Shown here: positions 62,489-64,000 of the stretch, one piece after another
Numbering within the stretch: position 1 is the stretch's first letter
Layout: every line of letters begins with the position of its first letter
Source of the DNA: Microcoleaceae cyanobacterium
Lineage (GTDB): Bacteria; Cyanobacteriota; Cyanobacteriia; Cyanobacteriales; Microcoleaceae
Length of the DNA: 64,000 nt
Assembly (NCBI GenBank): GCA_051652765.1
Contig: JBOFUV010000071.1
Span: 1-64,000, forward strand
Direction: 5' to 3'
Made by a program: the position numbers and the translations under genes
Notes under the pieces: generated by a model
Database searches by the model: none
What the model was told of the DNA's origin: nothing
The model's input: only the letters and a program-made list of their open reading frames with translations

Positions 62489-63721
62489 ATGCCTAAAGCG
62501 CTTCAATTTCTTTCACCCCAAAAAGTTCGTCAGGGTTTAGTTTTATTTTTTTTCTGGGCAGTTTTACCCCTATTTTTAGTTGAGTTTCTGATGATTGTTC
62601 TGGAACCCTATCTTTCCCAGGGCATCTATCAATATGACCGGGATTTAGGGTTTCGGATTCGTCCCTATGCCAATGGAAATAATCAATTTGGATTTAATGA
62701 TCGGGATTATCCGTTGCAAAAAGAACCGGGAAAGTTTCGGATTGTAGTCGTCAGTGACTCTTTTAACTGGGCTGGTGGAAGGGAGAGAAACTATACAACC
62801 TTATTGGAAAAACAGTTTGAACACCATTATCAAATACCGCAGGTTGACGTGATTAACACAGGCTACCCTGGAACCCATACTGGGGAACAGCTTGCCATGT
62901 TAAAAAAGTATGGTTTGCAATACAAGCCTGATTTAGTCGTTCTAGGGTTTTTTGTTGGCAATGATTTCCTCGATGGTGATCCGAATCGCAAGCGGATTAT
63001 TGTGAATGATGTTTATGTTGACATCGATCGCCGTAGAGAATTAGTCGTGTTTGGCTATCCGATTATTGGCCAGTCTCGATTGCTCTTGTTCATTCAGCAA
63101 AAGTATAAGGTTTTTCAAGAAGCCGCAAAGTCAAAACAATCTAAGATTCCCAACCTTAGATTCGATGACATTTTAGTTGCTAGCTCAACACCACAGGTTC
63201 CTTTGAAAATTCATACGGGCATGGAGCAAAACTCAGCTCAACCTCCAGAACAGTCACCTGGGATTATGTCCCTTAGAACTTTTTTGAAAGTCGAGAAAAC
63301 TCGTTTGAAATTTTGTGATCGAGAGGACTTGGCAGAAGGCAAATGGGACGAAAATATTGACTATGTTCTCAGTCAAATTTCAGAAATGAATCATTTACTA
63401 AAAGAACGAGACATCGAATTTATTGTTGCGATCTATCCCGATGAAATTCAAGTGAATCCCCAATTATTTCAGCAAGTTGCGAATGAATTTGACCTCGATC
63501 CCAAAGATTATGAATTGACTTGTATGCAAAGAATTCTAACTCAACACTTAGACTCTGAGGGAATTCAGTTCATTAACTTGTTAGAACGATTTCAACATGA
63601 ACAAAAGCAACAACCTTTATACCTGCTGCAAGAGCCTCATTGGAATTCTGCTGGCAATCAACTTGCTGCCAGTATTTTGTTTGAACACTTAGTTAAAACA
63701 ACGAATCGTTTTTTGAATTAA
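62489..63721 (+). CDS. membrane-anchored SGNH/GDSL-like hydrolase (AlgX/AlgJ-like)
   Basis: VVSDSF, FFVGND, EPHWNSAGNQLAA. Confidence 0.75.
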   Translation: MPKALQFLSPQKVRQGLVLFFFWAVLPLFLVEFLMIVLEPYLSQGIYQYDRDLGFRIRPYANGNNQFGFNDRDYPLQKEPGKFRIVVVSDSFNWAGGRERNYTTLLEKQFEHHYQIPQVDVINTGYPGTHTGEQLAMLKKYGLQYKPDLVVLGFFVGNDFLDGDPNRKRIIVNDVYVDIDRRRELVVFGYPIIGQSRLLLFIQQKYKVFQEAAKSKQSKIPNLRFDDILVASSTPQVPLKIHTGMEQNSAQPPEQSPGIMSLRTFLKVEKTRLKFCDREDLAEGKWDENIDYVLSQISEMNHLLKERDIEFIVAIYPDEIQVNPQLFQQVANEFDLDPKDYELTCMQRILTQHLDSEGIQFINLLERFQHEQKQQPLYLLQEPHWNSAGNQLAASILFEHLVKTTNRFLN

Positions 63722-64000
63722 CCCTCAAGCAGTCTGAGGAATTCCCCTAGCGATCCTTCAAGAGATATACTTGACCTATAAAACAAGATTAGTATTTTTC
63801 ACATTGCTATTATATTCTCTGTTTCAATATGCCCCTAAAGACTCTAAGATCAATTTTATTTCAGACAGTTGTCATTACCTCAATAACTTTTGTCTTGGCA
63901 GAAATCACTTTTAGAATTTATCACAAAGTTAATCCGACTTTTGTGTTTGGCGATCGCTCTTACAATCGGTGGCGCGGGAGACCCTATGCCCAAGACTTTG

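Noticed and set aside
1..64000. Abundant GCGATCGC octamers
   Set aside because: Ordinary cyanobacterial HIP1; useful only as a taxonomic signal.

Overview
Cyanobacterial chromosomal segment, probably from a filamentous Oscillatoriales-type organism (inferred from dense HIP1 GCGATCGC sites, petB/petD, psbX, ycf66, hli, hpsL and RTX proteins). It is mostly core genes: hemY, dusA, gltD, sigC, lipA, thrB, galE, petBD, ctpA, accC, tRNA-Leu(GAG), glmM, sdhB, gdhA and mfd, plus envelope and secreted proteins. I saw no integrase, transposase, phage gene or CRISPR array. The most interesting signals are: (1) a co-oriented gdhA - two 2OG-Fe(II) oxygenases - sdhB - hli run whose chemistry could chain glutamate -> 2-oxoglutarate -> succinate -> fumarate; (2) a phased cluster of cyanobacterial-type DnaA boxes around an AT-rich tract, with no dnaA/dnaN nearby, next to an uncharacterised membrane protein plus FtsK/HerA-like ATPase pair; (3) an isolated 5' fragment of tRNA-Pro beside lipA; (4) a ~120-bp MITE family, a REP-like family, two perfect palindromes and many short tandem duplications at gene ends; (5) a structured petB leader. 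All assignments come from motif recognition by eye; no searches were run.
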